This document shows, one piece after another, positions 1-14,794 of a stretch of DNA of 64,000 nucleotides. The translations under genes were made by a program, and so were the position numbers. Source of the stretch: an uncultured bacterium (GTDB lineage: Bacteria > Gemmatimonadota > Gemmatimonadetes > Gemmatimonadales > Gemmatimonadaceae); NCBI GenBank assembly GCA_963978095.1, contig CAXBQP010000002.1, positions 81,733-145,732 on the forward strand, in the 5' to 3' direction. Under the pieces are notes generated by a model. The model was not told the origin of the DNA and did no database searches. It saw only the letters and a program-made list of their open reading frames with translations. Positions within the stretch are counted from its first letter, which is position 1; every line of letters begins with the position of its first letter.

Positions 1-4272
<4,272 letters not shown>

Positions 4273-4275
4273 GGG

Positions 4276-7200
4276 TTACTCCTCACCAGCGCTGAAGGGA
4301 AGGCCGCTGTATCCGCCCTCCGCGTTTGCGTCCATCGTGACGTGGATGCCGAGCGCCTGCAGTTCCTTCACCAGCACGTTGAACGACTCCGGCGTGCCCG
4401 GCTCGGGCAGGTTCTGCCCCTTCACGATCGCCTCGTACACGCGCGACCGGCCGTTCACGTCGTCCGACTTCACCGTCAGGATCTCCTGCAGGGTGTGGGC
4501 CGCGCCGTACGCCTCCAGCGCCCACACTTCCATTTCTCCGAAGCGCTGACCACCGAACTGGGCCTTGCCCGCCAGCGGCTGCTGCGTCACGAGCGAGTAC
4601 GGTCCGATGCTGCGCGCGTGGATCTTGTCATCCACGAGGTGGCTGAGCTTGAGCATGTACACGTTGCCCACCGTCACCGGCGACGTGAACTTCTCGCCGC
4701 TGCGCCCGTCGCGCAGCGCGATCTTGCCACCAGGCATCAACCCGGCGCGCGTGATCAGCTCCTTGCTCGCGGCATCCACGTCGGCTTCGCTCTTCTTGCC
4801 GAGCGTCGCCGCGAGGGCCGGCAGTCCCATCGACTCCAGCAGCTCCGGAGCAGAGAGCGCGTCGCGCTTCTCAAGCTCCTTCAGGGCCTTCTTGTACTCC
4901 GCCTTCGCCGCCGCCGACACCTCCTCCGAGGCGATCTCCGCCTCGTGGAACGCGATGGCGTGCTTCAGGTCGGTATGCTCGCGCTCGGCCAGCTCCTTCG
5001 CCGCCGCCGCGATGTAGTCCCGGACGCGATGGAAGACGTCCTTCGTCTCGGCCGACATCCCGCGAGCATTGAGGTCGTTGATGTCCGCGTCGTGCAACAG
5101 CTCCACCTTCTCCTCGCCGATGGCCGGACGCAGATCCGACAGGAACGTCTTGATCTCCTTGTCCGAGATCTCCAACGCCGCCGTCCGCAGGTCGAGCGCC
5201 TCGTGCGACCACCGGAGCGAGGCCAGGCGGATCAGCAGCCCGACTTCCTTTTCCGTGGCGCCCTGGAAGACCGGCGTCTTGGCGTAGAAGCCCAGGATGC
5301 GCGCCGCCCACCCGAGATGCGTCTCGAGGATCTGTCCCACGTTCATGCGCGACGGCACACCGAGCGGGTTCAGCACGATGTCCACCGGACGACCGTCCGG
5401 CAGGAACGGCATGTCCTCCTCGGGCACGATGCGCGCCACGATACCCTTGTTGCCGTGACGGCCGGCCATCTTGTCGCCCACCGAGATCTTGCGCTTCTCG
5501 GCGAGATAGACCTTCACGAGCTGGATGACGCCCGGGGGCAGTTCATCCGGCTGCAGGATGCGGTCGATGCGCTCTTCCGCCTTCTCCTCGATCTTCGCCT
5601 TCACCTGATTGGCGGCGTCGATGATCTCGCGGAGGTCGTCGTTGACCTTCTTGGCCTCGACGCGGAAGGTCTTCAGGTCGAGCGTCGCGAGCCGAAGTCC
5701 GTTCAGCACGTCGGCCGTGAGCTTCGTCCCCGGCGCGAGCGCCTCCTCGACCGTGCCCGACTTGAGGGCAAGGGCGACGGTCTGCCCGATGAGCAGTTCC
5801 TTCAGTTCGGCGTCGCGCACGTCGTTGACGCGCACCTTCTCCTCACCCTCGAGGCGGCGCACCTCGCCGATACGCTCACCACGATCCTTCTCGACCACCC
5901 CGTCTTCCACGCGCGAGAAGATCTTGACGTCGATCACGACGCCCTCCATCCCCGGCGGCACCTTCAGCGACGAGTCCTTCACGTCCTTCGCCTTCTCGCC
6001 GAAGATGGCGGTGAGCAGCTTCTCTTCCGGCGACAGCTCCGTTTCCCCCTTCGGCGTGATCTTGCCGACGAGGATGTCGCCCGGGCGCACATGGGCCCCG
6101 ATGCGCACGATGCCGCGCTCATCGAGATCCATGAGAGACTCTTCGGAGACGTTCGGGATCTCGCGCGTGATCTCTTCCTGGCCGCGCTTGGTGTCGCGGA
6201 CGTGCAACTCGAGTTCCTGGATATGGATCGACGAATAGACGTCGTCCTTCACCAGACGCTCGGAGAGGACGATGGCGTCCTCGAAGTTGTGTCCGTACCA
6301 GGGCATGAAGGCCACGAGCACGTTGTTGCCCAGCGCGAGCTGACCGTGCTGCGTCGCCGCGCCGTCCGCCATGACCTCACCGGCCTTCACCTTCTGTCCG
6401 AGCTTCACGATCGGACGCTGGTTGATGGCGGTGTCCTGGTTCGTGCGCCAGTACTTCTTCACCCGGTAGCGGTCCTGCGCGCCCAGACGGGCGAGCGGCG
6501 CTTCGCCGTCTCCCTTTGCGGTCGCGCCGGCATCCACGATGATCTCGTCCGCCGTCACGCGCGTCACCACGCCCGCGCGCTTGGCGATGATCGTCGCCCC
6601 GGAATCGCGGGCCACGGTCTCTTCGAGGCCGGTCCCCACGTACGGGGTCTGCGGGTTCAACAAGGGGACCGACTGGCGCTGCATGTTGGATCCCATGAGC
6701 GCACGGTTGGCGTCGTCGTGCTCGAGGAACGGAATCAGCGCCGCGGCGATCGACACCACCTGCTCCGGTGCCACGTCCATGTAGTCGATCCGGTTCGGCT
6801 GGACCAACGGGACGTCACCCTGCTGACGGCTGAGCACGAACTCATCCACGAACGAGCCGTCGTCGTTCAGGCGCGCATTGGCCTGGGCGATGATGGCGTC
6901 CTCTTCCTTGTTGGCATCGAGCCACGCGAGCTGGTCGGTGACCTTGCCGTTCTTGACCACGCGGTACGGCGTCTCGATGAAGCCGAGGTCGTTCACGCGC
7001 GCGAAGCACGCGAGCGACGTGATCAGGCCGATGTTCGGACCTTCCGGCGTTTCGATCGGGCACATGCGCCCGTACTGCGAGTAGTGCACGTCACGAACTT
7101 CGAAGCCGGCGCGCTCACGGGTGAGGCCGCCCGGTCCGAGGGCCGAGAGGCGACGCTTGTGCGTCAACTCGGCCAGCGGATTCGTCTGGTCCATGAACTG

Positions 7201-8847
7201 CGAAAGCTGCGACGACCCGAAGAACGCCTGGATCACCGCCGACACCGTGCGCGCGTTGACGAGGTCGTCGAGCGCGATCTTGTCGGTGTCCTGATTGATG
7301 CTCATGCGCTCCTTGACCAGACGCGCCATGCGCGAGAGGCCGACGGAGAACTGGTTGGCGATCAGCTCGCCGACCGAGCGGATGCGACGGTTGCCGAGGT
7401 GATCGATGTCATCCACATGCCCGCGCCCTTCGTGGAGTTCCACGAGATAGCGGATGATGGCGATGAAGTCGTCCTTGGTCAGGACCGTCTGGCTCGCCGG
7501 CGTGTTGAGGCGCAGGCGCTGATTGATCTTGTAGCGGCCCACGCGGCCGAGGTCGTACCGCTTGGGGCTGAAGAACAGGCGATCGAGCGCCTGCTTGGCC
7601 GTCTCCTTGTTGGGCGCATCGCCCGGACGGAGCAGCGAGTAGATCTGCTTCAGCGCCATGTCCTCGTCGTGCGTCGGATCCTTGGCGAGCGTGTTCTTGA
7701 TGAGCGTGCTCTCGGCGCGGCCGCTCGGCACGAAGCACTGGACCTGGAGCAGCCCGTGCTTGCGGAGGCGCTTGACCAGCATCTCCTTCAGCTGCTGTCC
7801 CGCCTCGGCGATGACTTCGCCCGTCTCCGGATCGATGGCATCGACGGCGAGCACGCGCGGCGTCGGGCGCTCCTCGCGTTCGATCGCGTCCAGCTCGTCG
7901 CGGAGGTCCACGTTGCCGTAGCTGGCGAACACCTTGACCTTGTCGATCTTCTGGCGGCGAAGGCGGTTGAACACCTCTTCCGTCAGCTCGTCCCCTTCCT
8001 TGACAAGGAGCGAGTTCTCGTTGCGCTCGCGCTCGGCGCGGGCCTTCTTGGTCTTGGCCTTCGGCGCGTCCTCGGCCGTGGCCTCGCCCGGCAGCTCGAT
8101 GTCCTCGGCGATGATCGCGCCGACGACCTCACGGTTCTCCGCGCGTCCTTCGCGCTTCTTCGTCAGGTCCAGCTCGCGGACGGCGAAGAAGAGGCGGAGG
8201 ATGTCGGAGTTGTTGCCGAAGCCGAAGGCGCGCAGGAGCGCGGTGGCCGGGAACTTCTTCTTCTTGTCGATGTGGACGTAGATCACATCGTGGATGTCCA
8301 CGGTGAACTCGACCCACGAGCCGCGGAACGGGATGATCCGCGACGAGATCAGGCGCTGTCCGTTCGGGTGCGTGCTCTCCTCGAACACGACGCCCGGCGA
8401 CCGGTGCAGCTGGCTCACGATCACGCGTTCGGCTCCGTTGATCACGAAGGTGCCGAGGGCGGTGAGGAGCGGCAGCTCACCCAGGTAGACTTCCTTTTCG
8501 ATCTGGTTCTTGATGCGCTTCTTGCCGTCGGCGGCCGCTTCCTCGAAGACCGTCAGGGCGAGGGTCGCCTTGAGCGGCGCGGAGAAGGTCATGTCGCGCT
8601 CGATGCACTCCTCGACGGAGTACTTCGGCTCGCCCAGCGTGTAGCGCTTGAAGTCCAGCGAGAAGTTCTCGTGCACGTCGGTGATCGGGAACAGGTCCTT
8701 GAAGACCCGTTCGAGTCCGACGTCCTCGCGGTCGTGCGAGGCCGCATCCAACTGGAGCAGCGTTTCGAACGCGCGCGTCTGGATGTCGAGGAGATGGGGC
8801 ATGTCCATGCCCGACTCCAGCTTCCCGAACGAAATTTGCTTGATCAT
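4276..8847 (-). CDS. rpoB: DNA-directed RNA polymerase subunit beta
   Basis: 1523-aa ORF with [22 protein letters not shown] and [13 protein letters not shown] motifs. Confidence 0.99.
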   Translation of the reverse strand: MIKQISFGKLESGMDMPHLLDIQTRAFETLLQLDAASHDREDVGLERVFKDLFPITDVHENFSLDFKRYTLGEPKYSVEECIERDMTFSAPLKATLALTVFEEAAADGKKRIKNQIEKEVYLGELPLLTALGTFVINGAERVIVSQLHRSPGVVFEESTHPNGQRLISSRIIPFRGSWVEFTVDIHDVIYVHIDKKKKFPATALLRAFGFGNNSDILRLFFAVRELDLTKKREGRAENREVVGAIIAEDIELPGEATAEDAPKAKTKKARAERERNENSLLVKEGDELTEEVFNRLRRQKIDKVKVFASYGNVDLRDELDAIEREERPTPRVLAVDAIDPETGEVIAEAGQQLKEMLVKRLRKHGLLQVQCFVPSGRAESTLIKNTLAKDPTHDEDMALKQIYSLLRPGDAPNKETAKQALDRLFFSPKRYDLGRVGRYKINQRLRLNTPASQTVLTKDDFIAIIRYLVELHEGRGHVDDIDHLGNRRIRSVGELIANQFSVGLSRMARLVKERMSINQDTDKIALDDLVNARTVSAVIQAFFGSSQLSQFMDQTNPLAELTHKRRLSALGPGGLTRERAGFEVRDVHYSQYGRMCPIETPEGPNIGLITSLACFARVNDLGFIETPYRVVKNGKVTDQLAWLDANKEEDAIIAQANARLNDDGSFVDEFVLSRQQGDVPLVQPNRIDYMDVAPEQVVSIAAALIPFLEHDDANRALMGSNMQRQSVPLLNPQTPYVGTGLEETVARDSGATIIAKRAGVVTRVTADEIIVDAGATAKGDGEAPLARLGAQDRYRVKKYWRTNQDTAINQRPIVKLGQKVKAGEVMADGAATQHGQLALGNNVLVAFMPWYGHNFEDAIVLSERLVKDDVYSSIHIQELELHVRDTKRGQEEITREIPNVSEESLMDLDERGIVRIGAHVRPGDILVGKITPKGETELSPEEKLLTAIFGEKAKDVKDSSLKVPPGMEGVVIDVKIFSRVEDGVVEKDRGERIGEVRRLEGEEKVRVNDVRDAELKELLIGQTVALALKSGTVEEALAPGTKLTADVLNGLRLATLDLKTFRVEAKKVNDDLREIIDAANQVKAKIEEKAEERIDRILQPDELPPGVIQLVKVYLAEKRKISVGDKMAGRHGNKGIVARIVPEEDMPFLPDGRPVDIVLNPLGVPSRMNVGQILETHLGWAARILGFYAKTPVFQGATEKEVGLLIRLASLRWSHEALDLRTAALEISDKEIKTFLSDLRPAIGEEKVELLHDADINDLNARGMSAETKDVFHRVRDYIAAAAKELAEREHTDLKHAIAFHEAEIASEEVSAAAKAEYKKALKELEKRDALSAPELLESMGLPALAATLGKKSEADVDAASKELITRAGLMPGGKIALRDGRSGEKFTSPVTVGNVYMLKLSHLVDDKIHARSIGPYSLVTQQPLAGKAQFGGQRFGEMEVWALEAYGAAHTLQEILTVKSDDVNGRSRVYEAIVKGQNLPEPGTPESFNVLVKELQALGIHVTMDANAEGGYSGLPFSAGEE

Positions 8848-9001
8848 ATCAACCCTGGCTCGGCCGATGGACGGCGAAAGCCGCCCGCCCCCGGCGCGCG
8901 AGGATTTCGCGCGGCGGAGCGGGACGGACGGAACTTCAGTTGTACGTCGGTGCGAATGCGATCATGGACGGCGAGACCACGTGAGGGGGAGGATGTCGTG
9001 A

Positions 9002-9027
9002 CCGGCTGCCGCGTCGCGGTCAGCCGG
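9002..9027 (-). promoter_or_regulatory. GC-rich hairpin in the rplL-rpoB spacer (possible attenuator or processing site)
   Basis: Inverted repeat CCGGCTG-CCGC...GCGG-T-CAGCCGG; no U-tract. Confidence 0.3.
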
Positions 9028-9045
9028 CCACGAGAACCTGCCGCC

Positions 9046-9435
9046 TTACTTGATCTCGGCCGTCGCGCCCTGCTCTTCGAGCTTGGCCTTGATGGACGCG
9101 GCTTCGTCCTTCGACACGCCCGCCTTCACCACCTGCGGGGCGCCGTCGACCATGTCCTTCGCTTCCTTCAGGCCCAGGCCGGTGAGCTCGCGCACCACCT
9201 TGATGACCTGGATCTTCTTCGCGCCGGCATCCTTGAGCGTGACCGTGAACTCGGTCTGCTCCTCGGTTGCGCCGCCGCCGCCCGCACCCGCGCCACCCGC
9301 CGGGGCCGCAGCCGCGGCGACGACGGTCACGTTGAACTTCGTCTTGAACGCATCGATCAGCTCGGCGAGCTCGATGACCGACATGTTGCCGATCGCGTCG
9401 AGGATCTCGTCCTTGCTCAGAGTCGCATTAGCCAT
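9046..9435 (-). CDS. rplL: 50S ribosomal protein L7/L12
   Basis: [28 protein letters not shown]; Ala/Gly hinge. Confidence 0.99.
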   Translation of the reverse strand: MANATLSKDEILDAIGNMSVIELAELIDAFKTKFNVTVVAAAAAPAGGAGAGGGGATEEQTEFTVTLKDAGAKKIQVIKVVRELTGLGLKEAKDMVDGAPQVVKAGVSKDEAASIKAKLEEQGATAEIK

Positions 9436-9486
9436 TGTCAGATATCTCCGTGAAGAATCCCCCAGGACAGCCTGGGGCGTTGTTGG

Positions 9487-9990
9487 TCAGGCAGACGCCT
9501 GGGGATTGGAACCGGCCTCGAGTTGCGCCACGCGCGCCTCGAGCGTGAGCGCGAACATCGAGAGCACACTGTTGAAGCAGCCGAGCAACTGGCCGAGCGC
9601 TTCGTCCCGGGTCGGGAGCGAGGCGAGCTTCTTCACGAGCGCCGCATCCACCGTGGCGCCCTCGTAGATCCCCCCCTTCACCTCCGGACGCGAATCATTG
9701 GCCTTCGCGAAGTCGGTGAGGATCTTGGCCGCCACCACCGCATCCTTCGCGACGACGACGCCCGTGGGGCCCTTAAGCCGCACGCCGACGCGACCGCTCT
9801 CGTTCACGGCCTTCAGCGCCAGCGTGTTCTTGATGACGACGTAGTCCACGCCCGCCTTGCGGAACTGGCGACGGAGCTCGGTCATCCGCTTCACGTTCAG
9901 CCCCGTGAAGTCGGTGTAGTACAGGGCGTTCGCGCCCGCCATCTTGTCCTTCAGCTCGGCGACGAGCTGTTCCTTGTCGGATCGCTTCAT
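9487..9990 (-). CDS. rplJ: 50S ribosomal protein L10
   Basis: [29 protein letters not shown]; position between rplA and rplL. Confidence 0.98.
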   Translation of the reverse strand: MKRSDKEQLVAELKDKMAGANALYYTDFTGLNVKRMTELRRQFRKAGVDYVVIKNTLALKAVNESGRVGVRLKGPTGVVVAKDAVVAAKILTDFAKANDSRPEVKGGIYEGATVDAALVKKLASLPTRDEALGQLLGCFNSVLSMFALTLEARVAQLEAGSNPQASA

Positions 9991-9996
9991 CGTCGG

Positions 9997-10686
9997 TTAC
10001 CGGTACGGGGTGGTATCGATACGGACGCCGGGGCCCATCGTGCTGGACACGGCCACCGTCTTCACGTACACGCCCTTCGCCGCGCTCGGCTTCGAGCGCA
10101 CGATGGTGTCCATCAGGGCGGTGAAGTTCGTCTCCAGCGACTCGAGCGGGAACGACACCTTGCCGATCGCGGCATGGACGTTGCCTCCCTTGTCGACGCG
10201 GAACTCGATCTTGCCCGCCTTCGTCTCCTTCACGGCCTGGCCGACGTTGAACGTCACCGTCCCCGCCTTCGGGTTCGGCATCAGTCCGCGCGGACCGAGC
10301 ACGCGACCAAGGGCACCGATCTGCCCCATCTGGTCCGGCGTCGCGATCAGCACGTCGAAATCCATCCAGCCTTCCTTGATCTTCGCGATGTAGTCGGTGC
10401 CGACGAAATCCGCGCCGGCGGCCTCGGCTTCCTTCGCCTTGTCGCCGACGGCGATCACCAGCACGCGCACCGTCTTGCCGGTGCCGGCCGGGAGCACCAC
10501 CGTGCCACGCACGATCTGGTCGGCGTGACGCGGATCGACACCCAAGCGGATCGCCACGTCGACGGTCTCGTCGAACTTGGCGAACGCGGCGCCCTTCACC
10601 TGCTCGAGCGCGGCCTTGGGGGCCACCGCCGCGTTGAGGTCACGCCCCTCGGCGACCTTGCGATACTTCTTCCCGTGGGTGCGCAT
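9997..10686 (-). CDS. rplA: 50S ribosomal protein L1
   Basis: Start reassigned to ATG 10686 ([13 protein letters not shown] overlap with the rplK stop); [28 protein letters not shown]. Confidence 0.98.
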   Translation of the reverse strand: MRTHGKKYRKVAEGRDLNAAVAPKAALEQVKGAAFAKFDETVDVAIRLGVDPRHADQIVRGTVVLPAGTGKTVRVLVIAVGDKAKEAEAAGADFVGTDYIAKIKEGWMDFDVLIATPDQMGQIGALGRVLGPRGLMPNPKAGTVTFNVGQAVKETKAGKIEFRVDKGGNVHAAIGKVSFPLESLETNFTALMDTIVRSKPSAAKGVYVKTVAVSSTMGPGVRIDTTPYR

Positions 10687-11108
10687 CAGTCGCGAACCTC
10701 CACACCCATCGAGCGCGCCGCGCCTGCGATCATGCGCATGGCGGAATCGATCGATTCGGTGTTGAGGTCGGGCATCTTCAGCTCGGCGATCTGCTTGACC
10801 TGAGCCTTCGTGATGGTCCCCACCTTGTTGCGATTCGGCTGCCCCGAGCCCTTCTCGATCCCCACGGCCTTCTTGACGAGCACCGCAGCAGGCGGCGTCT
10901 TCAGGATGAACGTGAAGCTCTTGTCGGCGAAAATCGTGATCTCGACCGGGAGAATCGTATCCTGGCCCTGCGTCCGAGCGTTGAACTCTTTGCAGAACGC
11001 CATGATGTTGATTCCCTGCGGTCCGAGCGCGGTGCCGACCGGAGGGGCCGGGTTCGCCTTGCCTGCAGGAATCTGCAGCTTGACGAATCCTACGGCCTTC
11101 TTTGCCAT
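10686..11108 (-). CDS. rplK: 50S ribosomal protein L11
   Basis: [20 protein letters not shown]...GAARSMG; GAGGAG Shine-Dalgarno upstream. Confidence 0.99.
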   Translation of the reverse strand: MAKKAVGFVKLQIPAGKANPAPPVGTALGPQGINIMAFCKEFNARTQGQDTILPVEITIFADKSFTFILKTPPAAVLVKKAVGIEKGSGQPNRNKVGTITKAQVKQIAELKMPDLNTESIDSAMRMIAGAARSMGVEVRD

Positions 11109-11122
11109 GGAACTCCTCTAGA

Positions 11123-11184
11123 CACGTAGAGCGGAGCATGCGCCGGGGACCCTGCCCCGCGAATGTCCGCTGACTCCCACGGTG
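11123..11184 (-). promoter_or_regulatory. Putative L1-binding autoregulatory leader of rplK-rplA
   Basis: Minus strand CACCGTGG-GAG-TC-AGCGGA...TCCGCT-CTACGTG forms a stem/internal-loop/stem with a GTGGGAG motif just upstream of the rplK SD. Confidence 0.45.
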
Positions 11185-11299
11185 TGATTAGCGTCGTTGT
11201 GGTAGCCGACGGGTGCGCTCCTCGCTGGTTCTCAGCTGCCCCGCGCAAGGGCACGAACACCTTCAGTTGACCTGCACCAACCACCAGCACCAGCCGCGC

Positions 11300-11842
11300 C
11301 TAGTGCGCGCGCAACTGGAGATAATCGAGTTCCACCGACGTGGGACGACCGAAGAGCGAGACGCTCACCCGGACCTTCCCCTTGTCGGGCATGACGTCCT
11401 CGACCGTGCCATTGAAATCCGTGAAGGGCCCTTCCGTGATCGCCACGGCCTGCCCGACGAGGAACGGGATCTCCTCCTTCGGCGCGACCTCCTCCGCCTC
11501 CTCGGCGCGGCCGAGCAGGCGGTTGACCTCGTCCTGACGCAGCGGCTGCGGATCACGGTCCTTGCCCACGAACTTGATCACGCCCTGGATGCTGCCGACG
11601 GTGTGCAACGTTTCCTCGCCGACGACCATCTCGACGAGGACGTAGCCCGGGAAGACCTTGCGCTCGACGGTGACCTTCTTGCCATTCTTGATCTCCACCG
11701 CCTGCTCGGTCGGCACGAGGGCCTGCCGGATGAGGCGCAGCTCCGCCGGCGCAGGATCGCCGTCGATCTTGCGCTGCAGCAGGTTCCGGACCTTGTTCTC
11801 GTGGCCGGAGGTCGTCTGCACGGCGTAGAAGTGATGCGTCAC
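11300..11842 (-). CDS. nusG: Transcription termination/antitermination factor NusG
   Basis: GTG start at 11842; [25 protein letters not shown] motif [19 protein letters not shown]. Confidence 0.97.
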   Translation of the reverse strand: MTHHFYAVQTTSGHENKVRNLLQRKIDGDPAPAELRLIRQALVPTEQAVEIKNGKKVTVERKVFPGYVLVEMVVGEETLHTVGSIQGVIKFVGKDRDPQPLRQDEVNRLLGRAEEAEEVAPKEEIPFLVGQAVAITEGPFTDFNGTVEDVMPDKGKVRVSVSLFGRPTSVELDYLQLRAH

Positions 11843-11843
11843 G

Positions 11844-12074
11844 TCAACCACCGAAGAGCGCCGGGATCCAGCGCACCAGGAGGTTCTGGAAGAGCAGATC
11901 CATGAGCGCGATGACGCCACCGATGAAGAGCGAGAGGATGACCACGCCGATGGCCAGCTGCCGCACCTGCGGCACATCCGGCCAGGTGACGCGCTTCATC
12001 TCCACCACCACCTCACGATAGAACTCCGTGAGGCGCTGGGGGACACTCGCCTTCGGGACCTCGGCGACGGCCAC
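11844..12074 (-). CDS. secE: Preprotein translocase subunit SecE
   Basis: EMKRVTWP motif plus one TM helix; GTG start overlaps the rpmG stop. Confidence 0.95.
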   Translation of the reverse strand: MAVAEVPKASVPQRLTEFYREVVVEMKRVTWPDVPQVRQLAIGVVILSLFIGGVIALMDLLFQNLLVRWIPALFGG

Positions 12075-12226
12075 TACTTGGTCTCCTTGTGCACCTGATG
12101 CTTGTCGCACCGGGGGCAGTACTTCTTCCACTCCACGCGCTCCGGGTGGGTGCGCTTGTTCTTGGTCGTGAAGTAGTTCCGATTCTTGCACTCGCCGCAG
12201 GCGAGGATGATCTTTTCGCGGGGCAT
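12074..12226 (-). CDS. rpmG: 50S ribosomal protein L33 (zinc-ribbon form)
   Basis: 50 aa [18 protein letters not shown]...[17 protein letters not shown]. Confidence 0.97.
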   Translation of the reverse strand: MPREKIILACGECKNRNYFTTKNKRTHPERVEWKKYCPRCDKHQVHKETK

Positions 12227-12273
12227 GACCTTCGTCCTCAACAAAAGTTCGACCTTCACCAGCACCTGCTCAG

Positions 12274-12346
12274 AGCACGCAATCGGGATCGAACCGATGA
12301 CCTCATCCTTACCAAGGATGTGCTCTACCGACTGAGCTATGCGTGC
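12274..12346 (-). tRNA. tRNA-Thr(GGU)
   Basis: Cloverleaf GCACGCA...TGCGTGC-T; anticodon arm CATCC-TTGGTAA-GGATG; GGTTCGA T-loop; no encoded CCA. Confidence 0.96.
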
Positions 12347-12409
12347 AACGTGCGCACCAACGCACCGATCGTCGACCGACGACTGAATCCAACATCCTGC
12401 GACCACCAG

Positions 12410-12482
12410 AGCGGGAGACGGGGCTCGAACCCGCGACATCAAGCTTGGAAGGCTTGCGCTCTACCAGCTGAGCTACTCCCGC
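12410..12482 (-). tRNA. tRNA-Gly(UCC)
   Basis: GCGGGAG...CTCCCGC-T; anticodon arm CAAGC-CTTCCAA-GCTTG. Confidence 0.96.
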
Positions 12483-12565
12483 ACACTGCCGCCCGCCCAC
12501 ACGTCCCTCGACCGCTCACGCACTCGATCTGCCACTTGCGCCAGCTCCTGCGAATCCCGCTCCGA

Positions 12566-12648
12566 TGGTGGGGGAAGGATTCGAACCTTCGAAGGCTTGC
12601 GCCGGCAGATTTACAGTCTGCTCCCGTTGGCCACTTGGGTACCCCACC
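12566..12648 (-). tRNA. tRNA-Tyr(GUA)
   Basis: GGTGGGG...CCCCACC-A; anticodon arm GCAGA-CTGTAAA-TCTGC; long variable arm. Confidence 0.96.
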
Positions 12649-12740
12649 CTCACAAAACCGCGACTTCAGTTCGCCAAAGGGCGTCCCTGACCTGACTTGC
12701 CGCCACAACGAAAAACAGGCTTTTGCGGCCAGAGCCAAGT

Positions 12741-12769
12741 AAGATAAGCTGAATCAAGGGTTTGGTCAA
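12741..12769 (-). promoter_or_regulatory. Sigma70-type promoter for the tRNA-Tyr/Gly/Thr-rpmG unit
   Basis: TTGACC-17 bp-TATCTT on the minus strand, in an AT-richer spacer. Confidence 0.7.
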
Positions 12770-12983
12770 TGGGGAAAGTACAGGAACGTGACCTGTGCAC
12801 GGACAAGAATGCATCAGGCGTTCCTACGAATCACAGCGGGCACCGAGGGTGGTCGCTCACTCGCCCCCCCCTCCGAGCCGACCCGCATTCGGGCCGACGG
12901 CAATGAAGTGTTACAAAATTGTAGAGAATCGACTTTTCAGGGGAGAATGGCCTCCTTTTCAGCTCCGAAATCGACGCCGACTG

Positions 12984-13012
12984 TTTACAATCCACGCACT
13001 TTTCTGTAGTAT
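12984..13012 (+). promoter_or_regulatory. Candidate sigma70-type promoter for the pilin cassette
   Basis: TTTACA-17 bp-TAGTAT about 40 bp upstream of the first pilin ORF. Confidence 0.55.
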
Positions 13013-13053
13013 TTCGTCCCTCTGATTCACTTGCTCTTCCAACTGTCAATAAC

Positions 13054-13506
13054 TTGCCCGTTTCCTGTCGCCATCGTGCGGGCTATACGCTCATCGAAGC
13101 AATGGTCGTCGTGGTGATCGTTGGGATGATGGCGACGATCGCTATGCCGCGTATCGGCACGACTGTCGCTCGATCACGTATCGCCGCTCTCGAGGTTGTG
13201 GTCGGCAGTGATATGGCCAACGCTTTCGCGCTGGCAGCGCGCACGCGACGGCCGGTCACGCTGACCTACGACGGCACCACGAAACAGTTGCTCACGAAGG
13301 ACCGGGCGTCGGGCATCACACTCAGCGCCCGCTATCTGGGACAAGCGGCCGACCTTTCGGTCACGCGCGTGACGCTGTCGCCGGCGACCGGCATCACGAT
13401 ATTCCCCACGGGACTGGCGGACGATGCGCTCCAAGTGACCATCGCGAACGGCAGTTTTTCCCGGCAGCTCCGCTCGACCATCGCAGGGCAGATCACACGG
13501 CAATGA
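13054..13506 (+). CDS. Type IV minor pilin/pseudopilin, FimT/GspH-like
   Basis: Class III signal RAG|YTLIEAMVVVVIVGMMATIAMP with Glu at +5; start codon uncertain. Confidence 0.85.
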   Translation: MPVSCRHRAGYTLIEAMVVVVIVGMMATIAMPRIGTTVARSRIAALEVVVGSDMANAFALAARTRRPVTLTYDGTTKQLLTKDRASGITLSARYLGQAADLSVTRVTLSPATGITIFPTGLADDALQVTIANGSFSRQLRSTIAGQITRQ

Positions 13507-13937
13507 TCCGGCCGGTGCGCGAGCGGCCCCGACGGGGGGCGGGACTGCTTGAAGTGATCATCGCCGTTATCCTCTTCGGCGTCATCGCCACCGTGAATCT
13601 GTCGGTCCTCACGCAACTCTCGCGCCGCCTGAGGGTCGTGGCGGCGGGCGCTGCGCGGTATGGGACGGAGAGTGAGGTTTCGAACCGCATGGCGTCATTG
13701 CCATACGACTCCGTGAGTGCGCACGCCGGCTGTCGCACCCTCACCACGGAGACGACGCCAAGCCGAGTGTGCGTTTCGGTGAGCTCGCAATCGACCACGC
13801 GCACCGTCACCGTGGTCTGGACTCCGACGGATGCCGCGATCCGGCCGGATTCGGTCATCCTCACGCGTAGCACCGCACCGACCGGCGCGTTGCGTCCCTA
13901 CCCGACCACGTGGTCCAACAACAGCAAGGGATATTGA
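13503..13937 (+). CDS. Type IV minor pilin, PilV/GspI-like
   Basis: RRG|AGLLEVIIAVILFGVIA; ATGA overlap with the previous gene; Cys pair. Confidence 0.75.
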   Translation: MIRPVRERPRRGAGLLEVIIAVILFGVIATVNLSVLTQLSRRLRVVAAGAARYGTESEVSNRMASLPYDSVSAHAGCRTLTTETTPSRVCVSVSSQSTTRTVTVVWTPTDAAIRPDSVILTRSTAPTGALRPYPTTWSNNSKGY

Positions 13938-14794
13938 CCGTGGTCGCCACGACGCCATGGCCACCGCGGCGCGGGATGCGCCGGTGCGGATTCAGCATGA
14001 TCGAGCTCCTCATCACCTTGGTGATGGTGGCGATCCTCGGTGCCGCGGCGAGCAGCATGTTGAAGAGTCAACTCCGCGGTTTCTCGCGCGTGAACGACCG
14101 CCAGGAAGCTCGAGCGGTCGCCCGGCTCGCGATGCAAGCGCTGGAGACGGAACTCGCGATGGTCGATGCGACGGCAGGCGGCGTGAATGGCGTGATCGCC
14201 GCCTCCAACGACTCGATCACCGTCCGCGTCCCGTACGCGTCGGGCGTCTTCTGCGCGAGCGGCACGATGTTGCAGTTCCCGGGCGATTCGGCCGCGCAGT
14301 CCAGCGCGGTCTACGGGGGCTTCGCCATCAAGGACACGTCCGCGACGGGGGCCTACAGCTACACCAACTCGTCGACCACCCCGTCAGCGGGCACGGGGGC
14401 GAACTGCACCAGCATCGGGCTCACGGCTCCCACCGGTGGGACCTACGTGTCGGTCAGTGGGGTGTCGGGGAGCGCCGGCGCGCCGATGTTCCTGTACCAA
14501 GTGATCACCTACCGGTTCAGCAGCTCGACGCTCTTCGCCACGCGCCGCGGGCTGTACCGGCGCGTCGGCGCGGGCACGGCCCAGGAGATCGCGGCCCCGT
14601 TCGATACGGCGGCGACGTTCCGATACTACACAGCGGCCTCGGACACCGCGCTCGCCACCACGCCGGCGGCATCGGCGATCCGCGGCGTTCAGGTGCGCGC
14701 GGCGGCCTTCAGCCCGCATCGCACGGCGGGGCGCGCCTCACCAGAGCGGGTCACGATCACATCGGCCATCTTCTTCCGGAACCGGACCGATTGA
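13934..14794 (+). CDS. Type IV minor pilin, PilW/GspJ-like
   Basis: RCG|FSMIELLITLVMVAILG; start is either TTG 13934 (overlapping the upstream stop) or ATG 13976. Confidence 0.8.
   Translation: MTVVATTPWPPRRGMRRCGFSMIELLITLVMVAILGAAASSMLKSQLRGFSRVNDRQEARAVARLAMQALETELAMVDATAGGVNGVIAASNDSITVRVPYASGVFCASGTMLQFPGDSAAQSSAVYGGFAIKDTSATGAYSYTNSSTTPSAGTGANCTSIGLTAPTGGTYVSVSGVSGSAGAPMFLYQVITYRFSSSTLFATRRGLYRRVGAGTAQEIAAPFDTAATFRYYTAASDTALATTPAASAIRGVQVRAAAFSPHRTAGRASPERVTITSAIFFRNRTD

Noticed and set aside
9997..11139. Apparent N-terminal extensions or fusions in the ORF track (rplA, glpK, SDR, PilX, GNAT, ABC genes)
   Set aside because: Upstream alternative starts run through the neighbouring gene in another frame; the real starts overlap the upstream stop codons
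12730..12736. CAGAGCC also found at the 3' end of tRNA-Thr(UGU) (15884-15890), a possible att repeat
   Set aside because: Only 7 bp, similar CAGAGC flanks occur at the other tRNAs, and no integrase is present
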